64,000 nt of DNA. Origin: Nymphaea colorata (lineage: Eukaryota). The notes under the pieces are model-generated. The model was given only the letters and a program-made list of their open reading frames with translations. It made no database searches and was not told where the DNA came from. Made by a program: the position numbers and the translations under genes. Shown one piece after another: positions 1 to 14,755 of the stretch. Within the stretch, counting starts at the first letter, position 1, and each line of letters begins with the position of its first letter. The stretch lies in contig NC_045138.2 in NCBI RefSeq assembly GCF_008831285.2, forward strand, positions 27,156,001 to 27,220,000, written 5' to 3'.

Positions 1-1057
1 TCGGTCCTTAAATTTATTTGAACATTAAATCATCATAAGATAAGAAAAATTAGGAGATTTGCATTGGATTGTGTACCTTGTTTCAACGAGGGTAGCAGCC
101 TATATTATATGTCAGTGTTACCGATCATTGGTCCCCGAGGAAGTTGGCACAATGAATGAGGAGGGGCCGTAGGCAGCCAGTTTTCTTTTTGAATTCGTAG
201 GGTGTTAATTGTTTGTGTTGTAAAAGCAGGACAATCGACACATAGGTTGAAGTTTGGCAAGGACGACACTCCAAAGCACTAAAAGCAGGTCTTGTACTCT
301 AGGGAGACAAGGGGTTGAATGCAACCTTCGGCCTTCAACCAGAAGGTCGGTCTCCGCTCTTATTCACAAAACAATGACCCATTATTTGATTAATTATGCG
401 AGCGGCATTCGTAAATGTGACGGAAACGGAAGGTAGAAAGACCTCTACCTTTCAAACACGCTCGCAATTAGGACATAAACAACTAGGCCCGATCAACAGT
501 CATTACATTGATCGAGTGTCACCTTTCACAGTGTCTAACTGCGACCAAGTCATGAACTTGTACGTGTGTATTACTTAATTAGCAGCTTAACCACACATTC
601 CATCAACTCGAATGGCAGTGAACTGATGAAAATCGACTGTCGACCTCAATGAACAAGTCGTTGTGTAGCTTGTTTCTGTGTGAGAGAGAATCCAACTTGC
701 TAACCTGAAAGGTGCAAGGTTTCACTGTAGTGTGATTGCCACTTGAAGCAGAAAAGCCTTAATGGGCACCCCATATATGTGAATAATAAAAGTTCGCCTG
801 TTGCTTTCGTGTCAAAAGACAATACATCTATGTCAAGCTCAAACCCGTGGACTTGAAATTTTCAAGGAAATGAACCCACACCCACGCAGACCATGACCTA
901 TACAATTGTTTATTGGCTTTAATCCACCAGGGAGAGAGAGAGAAGCATCCATGTTTGTGCATTCAATTAGATTTTAATCACCTATTCATTAACAGTGTGC
1001 TTGTGAATGAGTATTGGCCTTTAAATTCATATGGTTTATTGATTATACGCATCGGGC

Positions 1058-1308
1058 CTATGTCACCAGGGTGCGGCAACCCTGGTGACGCACCCTCGTC
1101 GACGCGATGCCGGTGCTGGTGCGGGTGCGACCCAGATTCGCACCCAATCTGCACCCTATTGATTTCAGTTTTTTTTTTATCAAATTTGATATTATTAATA
1201 TATAATAATAATAAATTAATAATAATAATAAATATCCTCGCCGCACCGTAAGTTTTTGAGATGTATCGCACTGGCACCCACACCCGCACCCGCATTCTGG
1301 TGACATAG
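1058..1308. mobile_element. hAT-type MITE (non-autonomous DNA transposon), 251 bp
   Basis: Left TIR CTATGTCACCAGGGTGCGG matches the reverse complement of the right end (CTATGTCACCAGAATGCGG) at 17/19. Perfect 8-bp TSD CATCGGGC at 1050-1057 and 1309-1316. Subterminal GGTGCG/CGCACC motifs and an AT-rich core. 8-bp TSDs are typical of hAT. Confidence 0.88.
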
Positions 1309-1351
1309 CATCGGGCCATGCCTTGCTCTTAATTGGCTTCATTATGTCAAG

Positions 1352-1599
1352 TATAGTTAGCAAACCCATGACTCGGATTGGTTGAAGATTAGCTTCACTG
1401 GGTCAGAGAGGGAGTTGACTCGGTAACTTGGCTATCATAAATTTTTATAATGCTTTTTTCTATGAATAGATGACAAAAGAAATTATATTGAGACTTCATG
1501 TTTGTTTTTTTTATCAATTAACTAGTAAAGTTTGTGATATTTCATAATTTAGAAAATAATTAACAAGGACGACTTGGATTGACAAGTTTGCCAACTACG
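1352..1599. mobile_element. hAT-type MITE, second family, 248 bp, older
   Basis: Imperfect TIRs TATAGTTAGCAAAC / GTTTGCCAACTACG. Flanks ATGTCAAG (1344-1351) and ACGTCAAG (1600-1607) match 7/8. Subterminal GACTCGG-like motifs. Confidence 0.65.
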
Positions 1600-2481
1600 A
1601 CGTCAAGGCCGGCCGCTTTTAACATTTATGGTCCTTACTTCCGAGTTTTTATTGCACATGCTATTCCACACCTTGCTTCTTCCTTGTCAAAAACACATGC
1701 AATTCGCATATTCTTCTCTGAAATTTAAGGGCAGTTTCCCCTTGTTGACTGGTTTCACTTTCTCTTATGCGTAGTTAGTCCACCTCTATGATCAGTTTGT
1801 TGTGGACTCATCTGGTCTGGTGGACTTTGTTTGTGTTTGATTAGTAAACGGGAAAAAGTTTCTTCTGATCTTTCTAATCCGATTTTGATGCTTAGTTATT
1901 TCTTTAAAAAAGATTTTTTTTTTAAAAAAAAAAAAAAGGGAGAGAGAGAGAGAGAGATTGACCGATATCTACAAATTGCAAGACTGGTTGCCATGAAAGA
2001 AGTAAAAGAGAAACGAGGATTTGGTCATGAAAGCTAAACACGCTGAATGGCATTCCATTTACCAGTTCAGCGCCTAATGCACGAGCCATCCCCCATCTAA
2101 TCAAGTCCATCCACCTGATGTTGCCGAAGGATGTTTGAGAGAAAACCCGAGGAAAGAGATGGGAACTACTACTAAATTATATGAAAATGTTCATCATTTT
2201 TTTTTTTCTTTCTCAACCAACAATCATGATAGATCAGACGGTTCTAATTAGTAGATGACTTGTGACTCTAAAAAGCCAAAGTCACCATTTCATTTTTTTT
2301 TTATATAAAAATACTGTGTCATAGGCATGGCACTAAAATCAACCCCCACTTCAACCCTATACTTTGGGTTCACTCCTCACTCGAATCAACTTCGGATTTT
2401 TATGGTTCACCCCACCAAAATTTTTGGCTCCACCACTATCTACCACTTTCTGAAATGAGATCTCCAATATCGAACAAAAAG

Positions 2482-2595
<114 letters not shown>

Positions 2596-2605
2596 GGGGG
2601 CAAGG

Positions 2606-2798
2606 TAGGGGCGGAGGGAGGGGGGGCCGCCTGGGCCATGGCCCAGGTGAGCGCAAGAAAAAAAAATTTACATTGAAAAAATCAAATTTTTTTAGTTTGG
2701 CCCAACTGCTCGCTCTTCATCGCTCTTCTTGCCCCGACCCTGGCCCGGCCCATGAATCGTCTTAACCCGACCCTAGAAAAAATCCTGGCTCCGCCCGG
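2606..2798. mobile_element. MITE of a (C/T)AGGGGCGGAG...CTCCGCCCC family (probably hAT-derived), degenerate
   Basis: Left end TAGGGGCGGAG, right end AAAAATCCTGGCTCCGCCC, with GGGCAAGG on both flanks. Related right ends lie near 2420-2436, 15690-15713 and 52563-52585. Confidence 0.5.
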
Positions 2799-3338
2799 GG
2801 GCAAGGGTAATGCTTCCTACCATTTTTACTGCCAGTTCCTCGGTTTGTTTGCACACAAGTTATGAAGCATGTTTGAGATGCGCCTGCTGATTGAATGAGT
2901 GAGTTGTGTTGTTGGAGCACTCACTTGGAGTGCAGGTGCAAGTGCAACACCAGCTACAGGTGCTCCTTTGTTCGTAATGTTTAAATTAATGTAGAAGCCA
3001 CAAGCTGCCAAAGTGGCACCGTTACTTTTTATTCTCTACGTCCACCGTCTGCTTCACCAGCTAGTGAAGCGGATCCATGACTGAGCAATGAAAAAGAAAA
3101 AAGTAAAAAAAAAAATGTGCTAACTTATTTTATTTGTGTCAATTATTTAATTTGAAAGTCCACTAGTGGAGTACATCCAATTATTGATCTGAGTCTGAAT
3201 TCATTTGATTTAATTTAGTGAAGAAATTAACTTAACTCTGATTTGAATTCCTTGGATTTAATTTGGTGATGAAACTTGAGTCCAATTGCTGACCATCTTT
3301 GTTAAAGCTGAATTTGGCAACAACACCTGAGCCCCGAC

Positions 3339-3420
3339 AGCGTTAAAATGATAGGCGGTTAGTCTCTGGTTTGAGTCCGAAGAGCGTTAAAATGATAGGC
3401 GGTTAGTTTCTGGTTTGAGT
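3339..3420. repeat. Direct repeat, 2 x 38 bp
   Basis: AGCGTTAAAATGATAGGCGGTTAGT(C/T)TCTGGTTTGAGT at 3339-3376 and 3383-3420, one mismatch. Confidence 0.9.
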
Positions 3421-3924
3421 GACAAAGGTGCTAACCCACTGGTTAAGCGCTGACCTCGAAGTTTTATGCCGTTGGGCAATTAGAAAAGTTTTATTACAGA
3501 GATGTGGTCTTTTAGAGAGAAATTATTAAAGACAAAATAAAATAATAACATATATATGAATCAATGGAAACAGTTTATTGATGGGATTACTATCTTTTAC
3601 AAACATATATTCATCAAAAGCATGCCATATATCATGCATGTCACCTCAGGCGTCACTTTCTGTTTAAAACAGCAGCAAAATTTGCCTAGCAACATATGAT
3701 GGCGCGTTTGATGTGCCGCCTTTTATATATATATATATATATATATGTTAGAACAGATAAAGAATAATCTCAACTCTTAATAGTTTTGTGACCTTCATAT
3801 GCCAAAATTTAATAGAAATCATTTAGGCTATTGATTTTACTGATATCAAATGATGGCAATTAAGTTGCAAATATAAAAAACCAAATTATTATTTAGTAGT
3901 CCAAATACCTGGAAAATGAGTTTT

Positions 3925-3928
<4 letters not shown>

Positions 3929-3965
<37 letters not shown>
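3929..3965 (+). repeat. Poly(A) run (~37 nt)
   Basis: Uninterrupted A run. Confidence 0.9.
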
Positions 3966-3970
<5 letters not shown>

Positions 3971-4451
3971 TTCCTCCTTCTTGCTCACTCTCTCCTCCTT
4001 TGAAGGGTATTCGAAACTGTTAAACTTAGTTTATATATTTACAGCTTAATTTCTACATTTGATTTTCTCTCTAACTACAACCGCAATGATGCGCCATTTG
4101 TCCACCTTGTGTTGGCTTTATTATATTATATGATAATTTGACGTTTTCGTCAAAGTTACTCCTTGTAACCTATGTCAAGCCGTGGTACTTAATTTGACCA
4201 AAAAGAAGCGTAATGGTCATCCTCCACTTGTTAATAAAAACTGAAAAGTTCTTACTGTAGGGAATGTTTATTCACCTCCTATGTCTTCGGTGAATCCTCT
4301 GTTATCTTCCATTAAGTGCGTCTAATGCTTCCGATAGGTTAAACTTGATTTCAAAAAAACTTGATCGATTTTGCAAACTCATTTTTTCGTTGGTCGTGTT
4401 TGGATGTGCATCTCCGCATCTTCTTTTGAAGAAATGCACTTAGATAGCAGG

Positions 4452-4972
4452 TAGGGGACAACACTAGTCTGAATCGAGTCCGAGTTCAATCAGCTCAAGC
4501 TCAACTCCTAATAATGAAACCTCGAGCTTGACTCGGCTCGAGCTCGATAATAACTCAATGGAAGCAGCTCGAGCTTGACTCGGCAGTTACATATTGAGCT
4601 CGAGCTCAACTCGATTAAGGCTCGACAAACTTGTTTGAATATAATTGATATTCATCGTTACATGTTGAGCTCGAGCTCGAGCTCGATTCGATTAAGGCTC
4701 TAGAAACTCGTTTGAATAGAATTGATATTCATCGTTACGTGTTGAGTTCGATCTTGACTCGATTAAGGCTCGACAAACTCACAAACTCGTTTGAATATAT
4801 CGACTTGATTAAGGCTCGACAAGCTCGATTAAGACATGAGCTCGACTCGGCAATTACGTGTTGAGCTCGAACTCAACTCGGTTATTTGAACGAGTCGACT
4901 CATGAATTCGAACTTGACTCGTTAAGCAAATGACTGGGCTTGAACTCGTTCACGAGCCGAGTTTTACCCCTA
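4452..4972. mobile_element. hAT-type MITE with GAGCTCGA subterminal arrays, ~520 bp
   Basis: Ends TAGGGGACAAC / GTTTTACCCCTA. Flanks ATAGCAGG (4444-4451) and ATTGCAGG (4973-4980) match 7/8. The interior is packed with (C)TCGAGCTCGA and CTCGATTAAGGCTCGAC repeats. Confidence 0.8.
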
Positions 4973-7241
4973 ATTGCAGGGCCGAAATAAAAAAATTTTA
5001 TTGTAGAGATCAAACTATAATTTCAAAATTTTAATATAGGTCAAAGTAGTTTTATATATATATAAGTTAAACTAAAATTCTCACGCGTCGAGAACTTGAA
5101 AGAAAACCTTCGTGAGTTGCATGCTCCTTTGAAATCGTCTAAAGATCATCGAATTCACTTTTTTTCTCTTCTGAACTTGAGAGAACTTTGAATTCAAACT
5201 TTCTTAAGTTGACAAAGTTAAATCAGCGTAACTAGGCAAATGCACCATGCCTATGTGGATTTGGAATTTTCTTTTGCATGTTATGGAAGACAAAGAACTG
5301 CTTTATTCGTAGTTTCTCAGAAAGAGAAAATGGCTACCCAAGCTCTAAAACTCGACCAGTTTTCGTCTTCTTCGTGTTCGTAGGCTGTAGCCACATGGGG
5401 AGGGAACTGGTCTTCGAAAACTTTTCCGTGAGAGAACGAATGTGAGGATTGAGAGTCTAATCTGCCCGTTGTTGTATGTAGACAAAACAAGGGGAAAAAG
5501 GCACATGCAAACAAGAGACTACTGTACTTTTTATCCCAACAGGATTGGTCCAGTCAAATGATGACCATGCTTTCATTGTTTGCTTGCATTAAGTCTTGTC
5601 CGTTAAGTTTCAAAGTCCAAAATGACAGGTGCACATTGGTTCGGTCCATGGTCATAGGTGCCACTAAGAGTAGGATTTCGTCTTGATTTGTCAAATGAGT
5701 GATCAAATCACGCTACCCATATTATTATATTTAGTGAATCATGCAATTTCTTTAAGATCGTCATATCTCCATATTCACTCCTACTTTGTAGCTAACTTGA
5801 GAATTTCATAGCTTTGAGGGCATTTGGTGACAAGAACATTGTATTCTTGGATGTCAATAGATTCGATTTGGGCCAAATATCCAACCAAACCATTCCGAAA
5901 ACATCGAATATGGAAAAAAAATTAATATCCAATTAAGAAATTAGATCGGATTTAGAATTAAGAAATAACATCCGATCGCAAATTCAGATTGGATTTAGTT
6001 TTAAATAAATACTCTATACCAAATGCTCTTACATTTTGAAAATCGGCCAGATTTGGTTCAAAATTCACACTTAGATTCAGATATGAAAACAAAAATCGGG
6101 ATTCAGATTGAATTCACATTCTGAAATTGGATTTCATATTCGAATTCAGAAATAACTTTTCTTTGTTCATATTCAAATCAGAATATGTGAATATCTCAAA
6201 AAGCTACTTGAAAAATAATGTTCATATATATAATACCTTTTTGTAAGAACGCACATTCTTGTTAATTTCAAGAAATATGTTGCACCCAATGTTTGGTCAT
6301 TGGGTCAATTTAAAAGCAACAACCCATGGTCATATATCTCGCTTTTGTGGAACAAACATGCATAGTGTTTTCGGATAATGTATTTTACCAACATACATTC
6401 CAAGAACGCCATGTTATTCTTATCGAACACCTGAGCTTCTTTACCTTAAGCATTCTAAACTAATTCATATTGAACTTTTTGATAAGGAAAATGCCTAAGA
6501 ATGTATGTTGGAAGGAATGTATGATTTTGACATCCAAAGAACATCTCTAATCCTATTTGAAAACCACACTTCTCCCATATGTAAGCCTTCTGTCGCCTCT
6601 TTTAATCCGTGACTTTAAACATAAAAATGAGAAAAGAACGAATCGGCTAAATAAAATGATGAAAACATACAAATAAGCTCATTTGACTTAGTACATTAAC
6701 TTTCATAGTTAAAGTGAACTTATCATAGAAGTGCAAATGAAAGGGATGAAGGCAATTACCATAAGGCAAAGTTGAATTTGCTAATCGCTTTTTACCAGGG
6801 TGACTTTCAAATCCTTTTTCTCAATTTGCATTTTGCCTCCAACTAGGAGCTTCTTTGTTTATTTAAAATTAGCAGATGCATTTTATAGGGAAATAAGAAC
6901 ACCTTGTTAATGCACAACTAAAAACTATACTTTACTTAATCATAAGTAAAGGGTTTAGTATAGTAAGAGTAGGCCAAAGCCATTAGGGCTGTCGCCATGG
7001 GCATCAACTCCTTATGCAAGCGGAACGAAGTGTACCTCTGATTGTAAGATATTTGATAAGAAGAATATTATGTTCTTGCAACACATGTTTCAAAGCGTTA
7101 TATTCATGATTGTAGAGTGATTATGTCCAGCTTATAATTGTTGAAGTTAAAACAAGATTCTTAATCACAATATGTTTTTTGGGAAAAGAACATGAAGTGG
7201 GGTTAAGCAAAATCCCTATTGGATTACGTCAACTGACCCAC

Positions 7242-7245
<4 letters not shown>

Positions 7246-7336
<91 letters not shown>

Positions 7337-7337
7337 A
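7246..7337. repeat. Compound (AT)n(GT)n microsatellite
   Basis: Seen directly. Confidence 0.95.
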
Positions 7338-9772
7338 TTAAACACTTATATGCTAAATGGATAAGAAACAATTTCAGCCATTAATCTTGGTTTAGACAAA
7401 AAACAAAGAAAAAAAGGCATAAACTAACACTGGAGGATGAAAATGCCCCATCATCTTTCTTTATTTTTCTCTCAAACATTGTTCTGGAAAAGATCAAGAA
7501 CTGAATCCTCCTAATTTCCTTTATGTGTGTGTGTGTGTGTGTGTGCACGCACATGCATATGTGCGTGTGTGTTTGTATACATATATGTTCCCATTTCACC
7601 AATCCCTTCTAATACGTTCTCATTACTTTTACAGTAAATAAGCACCAAACTCTGGCAAAAGGTCTGTAAGAAACTGGGTGGAAGTTGCCGGAGTGAACCA
7701 TCTTGACCAAAGGGCGACAGTGATGTATCGTCCGTCCATGGCAACACACTCCACAGAAGAAAACGAAAAATATTTTGAACGACGTAAGATACGGAGATTT
7801 GCTTGGCTCAAGCTTTCTTTCAGACAAGTGACGAATAGAAACTCAACAATGTTGCATCAGAACCAGGACTGTCTTGGATTGACCGCGTCCGTCTCAAACA
7901 CGTCCGGTTCTGTCCCACTCGGAGGCTGGCTCGGCTGCTCCGAGTCGCTTAGCTTGATCTTGTAATTCATTTTGAAATGACATCTTATATATTCAACTTA
8001 GTTGGTAATGGTGATGGCTGTGTAAGTTTCTCAACTTAGCTTGAACTTGACCATGCTTTCTTAGAGTACATAAACGCATGCCATCAAGCTTTAATTTTGA
8101 ATCTAAAGATTATTGGATAAATAGTCCTAAAAGTTCTATAAAACAAACATTCGAAATAAAAATGTATATTAAAATACCCCACAATTGGTTTCAAAACTAT
8201 CGGGGGCGGGTTTCACAGTCTCAGATCTCAGATCCGAAGTGATTTAAGATCATTGAAAATCTCACATCCACGAATTTAAGGTAAGAAGCTCCTTTTCCAT
8301 TTAGTGTTTTGGCCATAATCCAAGGATCTCAAATCCTCCTTTTCACATAGTAGTAAAATCGACTGTATGAAATGGATTTTGGATCAGAATCGAACGAGAA
8401 ATGAGATGTTACTAAACACTCTTTGGAGAATTTGAGCTTCAATTATTTTGAGCTTGAAACAAATTCTAATAACTGTGTTGTGAATTTTCATCCGAGGGAT
8501 GGTATTAAGAAATATCTACAGGAATACCTTTGATGATTTAGATAAGAAGCACCTACTACCGTGTTATTCTCCCGTTCTCCTGCGGCAAACAGTCGATCGT
8601 GGGTCCGACAATCGACGGGGGGAGTTGAGCCGTTCAACACAAGAAAATGTTACAGCCAGAAAAGTAAAAGACTGAGATCAAGGAATGAAAACTGACGGTT
8701 TTGACGGCCAAGGTTTATGTCTTTGAACAAACAAAAAGTTGAGATTCGAGCCGGAATACCATGCGTTTACATTTCTACACGGTCAAGATTTCTCCAACCC
8801 ATTTTACATAAAGAAACCAACAACCCCACCCATTTTGTTCACTGAGAGAGAGAGAGAGAACAGCACAGTTCTTTTGTTCTTTTCCCTTTATATGCGTATT
8901 TGAAGGTTTGACATGAGAAAATGTTGCGAAGACCACGTCGGTCCGCTGGACATCTTGATTTTTCTATGTTGCCGGTTTCTTTGCATGTGTATAAGAGAGC
9001 AGTTAAGGGTGAGCACTGGGAGGACGATTAGTTGTGGCGAAAACTGACAGAAGAAGCTCTCTGAAGAGCTGTAGATCTTCATTCTGCGGTTCTGGTTCGT
9101 ACCATGTCTGTTTTTCCTTTCTTTCGGTGTTTCTTCTGCTCCTTTGGGTTCTAGGCTCACTGGTCATGAGATTCTGACGGCAGAAAGACGGGTGCCTTTT
9201 AGGAATCCATCTTTCATTTCTGTTTTAATGTTTATAGTTCTCCTTCTGGATTGGTGCCTCTCTCTCTCTCTCTCTCTCTCTGGCACAAATTGGTTTTTAC
9301 ATAAACTGAGAATCTTTTGGTTGGAACGGAGGCCATTTCTTACTCAGGACCTATGGCACTCTGTTAATTCCCTCATGTTTTTTTATTTTTAAAACCAATT
9401 GAAGGAGCCAACCTCAAAGAAAAACCGAAAAAGAAACCAATAAGATGTCCAAAGTTCTTGGTGGGTCACTCTTTCTTCTTTTTTTGTAATACCAACTTTT
9501 GAGATTTGTTTGGAATTATATGTTCATTGTCATTCTGTCATAGAAGTCAGGCTTCATACTCTTCCCTGTTTCTGCTGAAGATGGTCTGATCCAGTTATCC
9601 CTTTAATGTTCTCTTATTCTACAGATAAATTCTACTTTATTGGCTATCTAGGGGCACTAATATGTCTTCTTCTTTTCAGTTTTCAGTCAGATTTTCCTCA
9701 AGTTTCAATAATTGTTGATCCAACTTCAGCTTTTGTCGTCTCACTGACTAGTGAGTAGTAGAGTTCTTCCCA

Positions 9773-12700
9773 ATGGGTGTATCTCGGTCTCTGGTACCAT
9801 CTGACTGGGAAAAAATGGGGGACCTTAAGAATGAATTGGATTCAACGGACTGTGATGGAAGCATCATAGTGAGGTCTGTCAGTTTCAATGGAAAGGATGT
9901 GGAGAAAATATTGAGATCAGTAAGTTTCAAGAACCTAGAGATACCAACACGTCCAGAAAGGCCGAAGAAATTGGTGATCGAAACATCACCTAGTTTCAAG
10001 AGATGGGAACACAAGAACCTTACAGTTGAAACTGCAGTTCCTTCATGGATCCAAAATGAACTGAGAGAAAATGTTGGATCTTTCAGTTTCAGAGTTGACA
10101 GTGATGGTAATTCTGTGATGGTGCATGCATCGAGTGATTCGAGCAAACAACTCTTTAGAGAACATTCAATACATTCCCCATGTGAAAGGGACGCAGCAGC
10201 AGTGAAGCTACAGAAAGTGTACAAAAGTTACAGAACACGAAGAAATCTTGCAGATTGTGCAGTCGTGGTTGAGGAGCTCTGGTTAGTCTGCGCAAAGCTT
10301 GTCTCATTGTGATTGATGACTTTGTTTGTTTGGTTTTTCATCTGTTTCTTAATATGGAGGATGATGATGTTTGAAATAGGTGGAAGGCGTTAGATTTTGC
10401 TGCTTTGAAGCGAAGCTCCGTTTCATTTTACAATATTGAAAAGCAGGAAACTGCAGTCTCACGCTGGTCTCGAGCTCGAACAAGAGCTGCAAAGGTATTA
10501 GTTTAACCATTTTGATGCTAGCAAGCCAATTTCTTTTGTGTGTATGTTTAAAAAGAAAAAATCATGAAATAATGGACCTTTCAATTTTTTGTGCTTCATT
10601 GTGCACAGGTTGGTAAAGGTTTATCGAAGGATGAGAAGGCCCAGAAATTGGCTTTGCAACACTGGCTTGAAGCTGTAAGTCTGATGTGGTTGCTTTAGTT
10701 CCTTTGAGGCCATGATGAAGATATAGAGAATTAACTCCTATGTTCTACTTGTTTCCAGATAATCTTGTCAAAATTTTGAATACAAAATTGTTAAATTGTT
10801 ATTATATGTTTGTGCTATTCAGATTGATCCCCGACATCGTTATGGGCACAACCTTCATTTCTATTATGATATATGGTTTGATAGTGAAAGCTCTCAGCCC
10901 TTCTTTTATTGGTAAAGTTTTTACAAATTACTTGGTCCTTTGCTTCGGCTATTATGTGATTACCAAGGTATAACTGAATCTTCTTCCCTTTTCATTTGCT
11001 TTTGAAACCATAGGTTGGACGTTGGAGATGGCAAGGAAATTAATCTTGAGAAGTGTTCAAGAACTGTTCTTCAACGTCAATGTATCAAATACCTCGGGCC
11101 GGTGAGTTTCACAGATGAGAGATGGCCTTCAAACATTAGCATAATTGTAGTTTCAGACTTTTAACAGTTTGATATTCTCAACTTTTGGTTTACAGAAAGA
11201 AAGAGAAGCTTATGAAGTGATGGTGGAGAATGGGAAGCTTATCTATAAAGAAAGCAGGAGTTTTGTTGACACAGTTAAAGATGATAAAGGGACTAAGTGG
11301 ATCTTTGTTCTAAGCACATCCAGGACACTGTATGTTGGGCAGGTATACATCTACGAAATGCTGGCGTTCTGAATTTCACTTTGTGCAAAGCTGTTATAAT
11401 TTGAGTCAAGTAGCAGGTAGTGAAAATGGTTCAATGTTTTTCCTTCAGAATAATATAATTCCTACTTACCTTTAAATATGCATAGATTTTTATAATTGTT
11501 TTCTTAAAAGTATATGGACTTCCAGTCATACCTTCATCGTGGTTTTGAAGTTGTTGAACGCATTGAAGTTTTCATTTGCTCTGCTGTGTTTTTCTAAAGC
11601 ACCAACAGTAGCATAGAAAAAAATAACTCTTTTAGGACTTGTTCCACCAAAATTAACCCACTTGTACATGGATGGCATGTTCTGCAGAAGAAGAAGGGGG
11701 TCTTTCAGCATTCAAGTTTTCTTGCTGGAGGTGCAATTTCATCAGCTGGAAGGCTGGTGGTTGATTGTGGGGGTCTCAAGGTATGACTTCATGTAAGACC
11801 GGTTTAGACCATTAGCTTATGTGTCTGCTACAAAAAAGGCAATCTAAAACATATTAGTGTACTTCTTTTTGCTATTGACGTTTGGTTTTTATTGTTTCAG
11901 GATATGTTCCTGTTAATTCTTAAATTATTCTTTCTGATCAACATATTTATGATATATTTCAGGCTATTTGGCCATATAGTGGTCATTACCATCCAACTGA
12001 GGAGAACTTTAATGAGTTTATTAGCTTCCTTGCAGAAAACAATGTGGACCTAACTAACGTCGAGGTAACAGTCTGCATATTCTGTCTTCCTTTAAAATTT
12101 AATTGGGGTACTTGTTCCTGTAACCATCAGCCTCCAATTTACCATTCACAGACTGTTGAATATTATTTTATTGGAATTCATATTCAGTACAGAGAAAAAG
12201 ATTGTGCCAAATTGCAACTAATTGCTGCTTCATTTGCATTGGTTTTTTGCTGCACTCCAAAAGCTGCAGCATTTTTAATCTAATTGATGTATGCCAACCA
12301 AGTTAAATTCATGAACCCTTAATCTCCATGTTTATCATCATGGTGCTATTAGTTGCCCTGGGAGGCCTGACTTTGATCCATAAACTGGAAACTACATCTT
12401 CCTTTGGCATGAGCAATTGACAGGCTCTTCATTTTGCAGTTTGTGCTTGTTATAGATGCATTGGCACTTTCCGAACTAATCTGACGTTTGAGCATCCCTT
12501 GTTTGACCTCCAGATGCGTGCTACTGATGATGATAGTCCTCCATTTGAAAAGGAGACCAAGATCAAGAAGAAAGAAGTTTCATCTTCAAGTGGCAGCTCA
12601 TTTGTCGATCTGGTGTCAAAAGCTGCATCTGCAAACAAAGCCAAGGAAGAAGAAGAAGGAGGGCTGCCATTGGGCAACCGGCTATCCTGCAAGTGGACAA

Positions 12701-12918
12701 CTGGTGCCGGTCCTCGTATTGGCTGTGTTAGGGACTATCCTGCTGAACTACAATGCAGGGCACTTGAACAAGTTCACCTGTCACCCAAGCTCGCTCCTTC
12801 ACCCTTTGGCACCTCTGGTCCAATTCCCTCACCTCGTCCTAGTCCAAGGGTGAGACTTTCTCCTAGACTCTCTGGCATAGGCATCCCCAGCCCTAGAGTC
12901 CCACTCTATAGTGATTGA
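9773..12918 (+). CDS. IQM: IQ-motif-containing calmodulin-binding protein of the IQM family (IQM1/IQM4-like), 9 coding exons
   Basis: Exons approx 9773-10281, 10380-10494, 10609-10674, 10823-10911, 11014-11101, 11196-11342, 11688-11780, 11963-12064, 12514-12918, all GT-AG. Family motifs: [113 protein letters not shown]. Confidence 0.95.
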
Positions 12919-13265
12919 TCAATTAAAATGCAGTTCAACGTCCTTGCGCTGCCAAACAGCAATTTAGTTGGGCATATTTGGCTTCTAGTCGTCGTTTGAA
13001 AGAATGTCATAGAAATTGTTTCATATGAGGCCTAAACATTTTGGGCTTCATCTTCATCCTCTTCTTTATCTTCCTATAGAATTTTGGACATTAATTGTTG
13101 TCCACTTAGAGTAACATAATTTTTTGCGAGATATTCGTTCATTCTTGTAAAAACAAGGGGCATGTATCTATAGTATCCAAAGCTGCACCCATTATTCCTT
13201 AGCTTAATGATTCATTTGTCAAGGGCAGTTCAATCACCAGCATGCTGCTTTTTTGTTTTGGATAA

Positions 13266-13297
<32 letters not shown>

Positions 13298-14755
13298 CCT
13301 TCCGTATGTATGTGTGTGTGTGAGAGAGAGAGAGAGAGAGGGAGAGGGAGAGGGAGAGATATTGTTTTGAGGCCCACAATCTTAGTAGAAAATAGAATCT
13401 GCAATACCAACTCTTATTGAAAGATGCTACAAAAAGGAGAAAGAAAATTAAGACCATTGACGTGCCAACTCGTCCTTGTAATATATGTTCGAAAAGCTAG
13501 CAGAAAAGATTTGCACTTTTCCGTCAACTCAGAATTTCTTAAACATCTGTTCTCAAAGCACATGGTCTTTCAGTAGTTGAAGAGACGTCTATAGAAAAAT
13601 GGCTCTCGAGTCTCGAGTTCCCACAGAGAGAGACTAAAAAACAAAAGGGATCACTTTTATAAGATAGGTTGACAAAGGGCCTTTGAACTTGCATGCTCAA
13701 CAAAACCATATACAGAAATAAACAATCAAATGCCGAAAAGACTTCTTGACCTGTATTCTTTCTTCTCTAACATGCCCAAAAGCGAGTGACATTCATTTGA
13801 CGCCATGAATATGCCAAGGAACTTATTGACCTTTATGAAATTTCACACTGACTTCAATATCTCAAAGGGCAAATAACTGTTGCCTAGAACAGGTACCTGA
13901 TTGCAGATAGGACTGCAGGCAATAATGGGCACTAATAAACTTGAAGATCCATTAAAATTCTCGACGTACAGAGTACTAATATTTTGTGAACATGACCCAT
14001 AAGAAGAGTGACACGACATCATCCAAAATTTTCATGTCACCTTGCAGCTCAGTTGATGGAGAAAACTCAACCAACATATATATATAGAGAGAGAGAGATA
14101 GCGAAAGAGACTATTGGCATGATGCAGACAATGTTGTGCATTCATTTTATCAAAAAGCAAGGTCACCTTTGATGTGCGTTTATTAGTTCTTTGGACCTCA
14201 TTATTCATCACTGAATATTTCTAGCTAATGTCAAACAGCGTGCATAGCACTTCATGCCCTCAAATGCAACCAAGTTTCACTGCTACTATAAACACGAATA
14301 TCATTTCATATCATACTAAAACCAGTCCTCGTTCATAGTCTTCATGCATACAATACAAGAATGCACCACCCTTCCTAGGGTCGGAGGCAGGTGTGACACA
14401 CCTGGTATGGGTTCTTGTTCCATGGGCCAGTAAAAAGTGTTTATTTTTATATTGAAACTTCATGATAGTTTTTCTCAATTACATACAGAAGCTTCCTAAG
14501 GATTTAAAATTATATAACTAGTGAATTTTTTTTTAAGGTAACTTCTGACCTTTTCTATGTAACTCTAACAGCAAAAATGCGTCGACCCTTAAACAAAAAC
14601 TAAACTTTCAGAATACATTAATATGACATGACGTCCCTAATGAAAGGTATGCAACCCATAAACTTGGGAGAGATTTGTAGATGTGTTCATATCAGAGTCT
14701 TTGATTTTGGTGGGTTTCATAAATGTCAAATAAATTACAGGAAAGAGGAAGTCCC

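Noticed and set aside
9748..10224. Antisense ORFs over coding exons (also 27072-27299, 27879-28283, 41600-42013)
   Set aside because: Shadow frames of real exons with no independent motifs.
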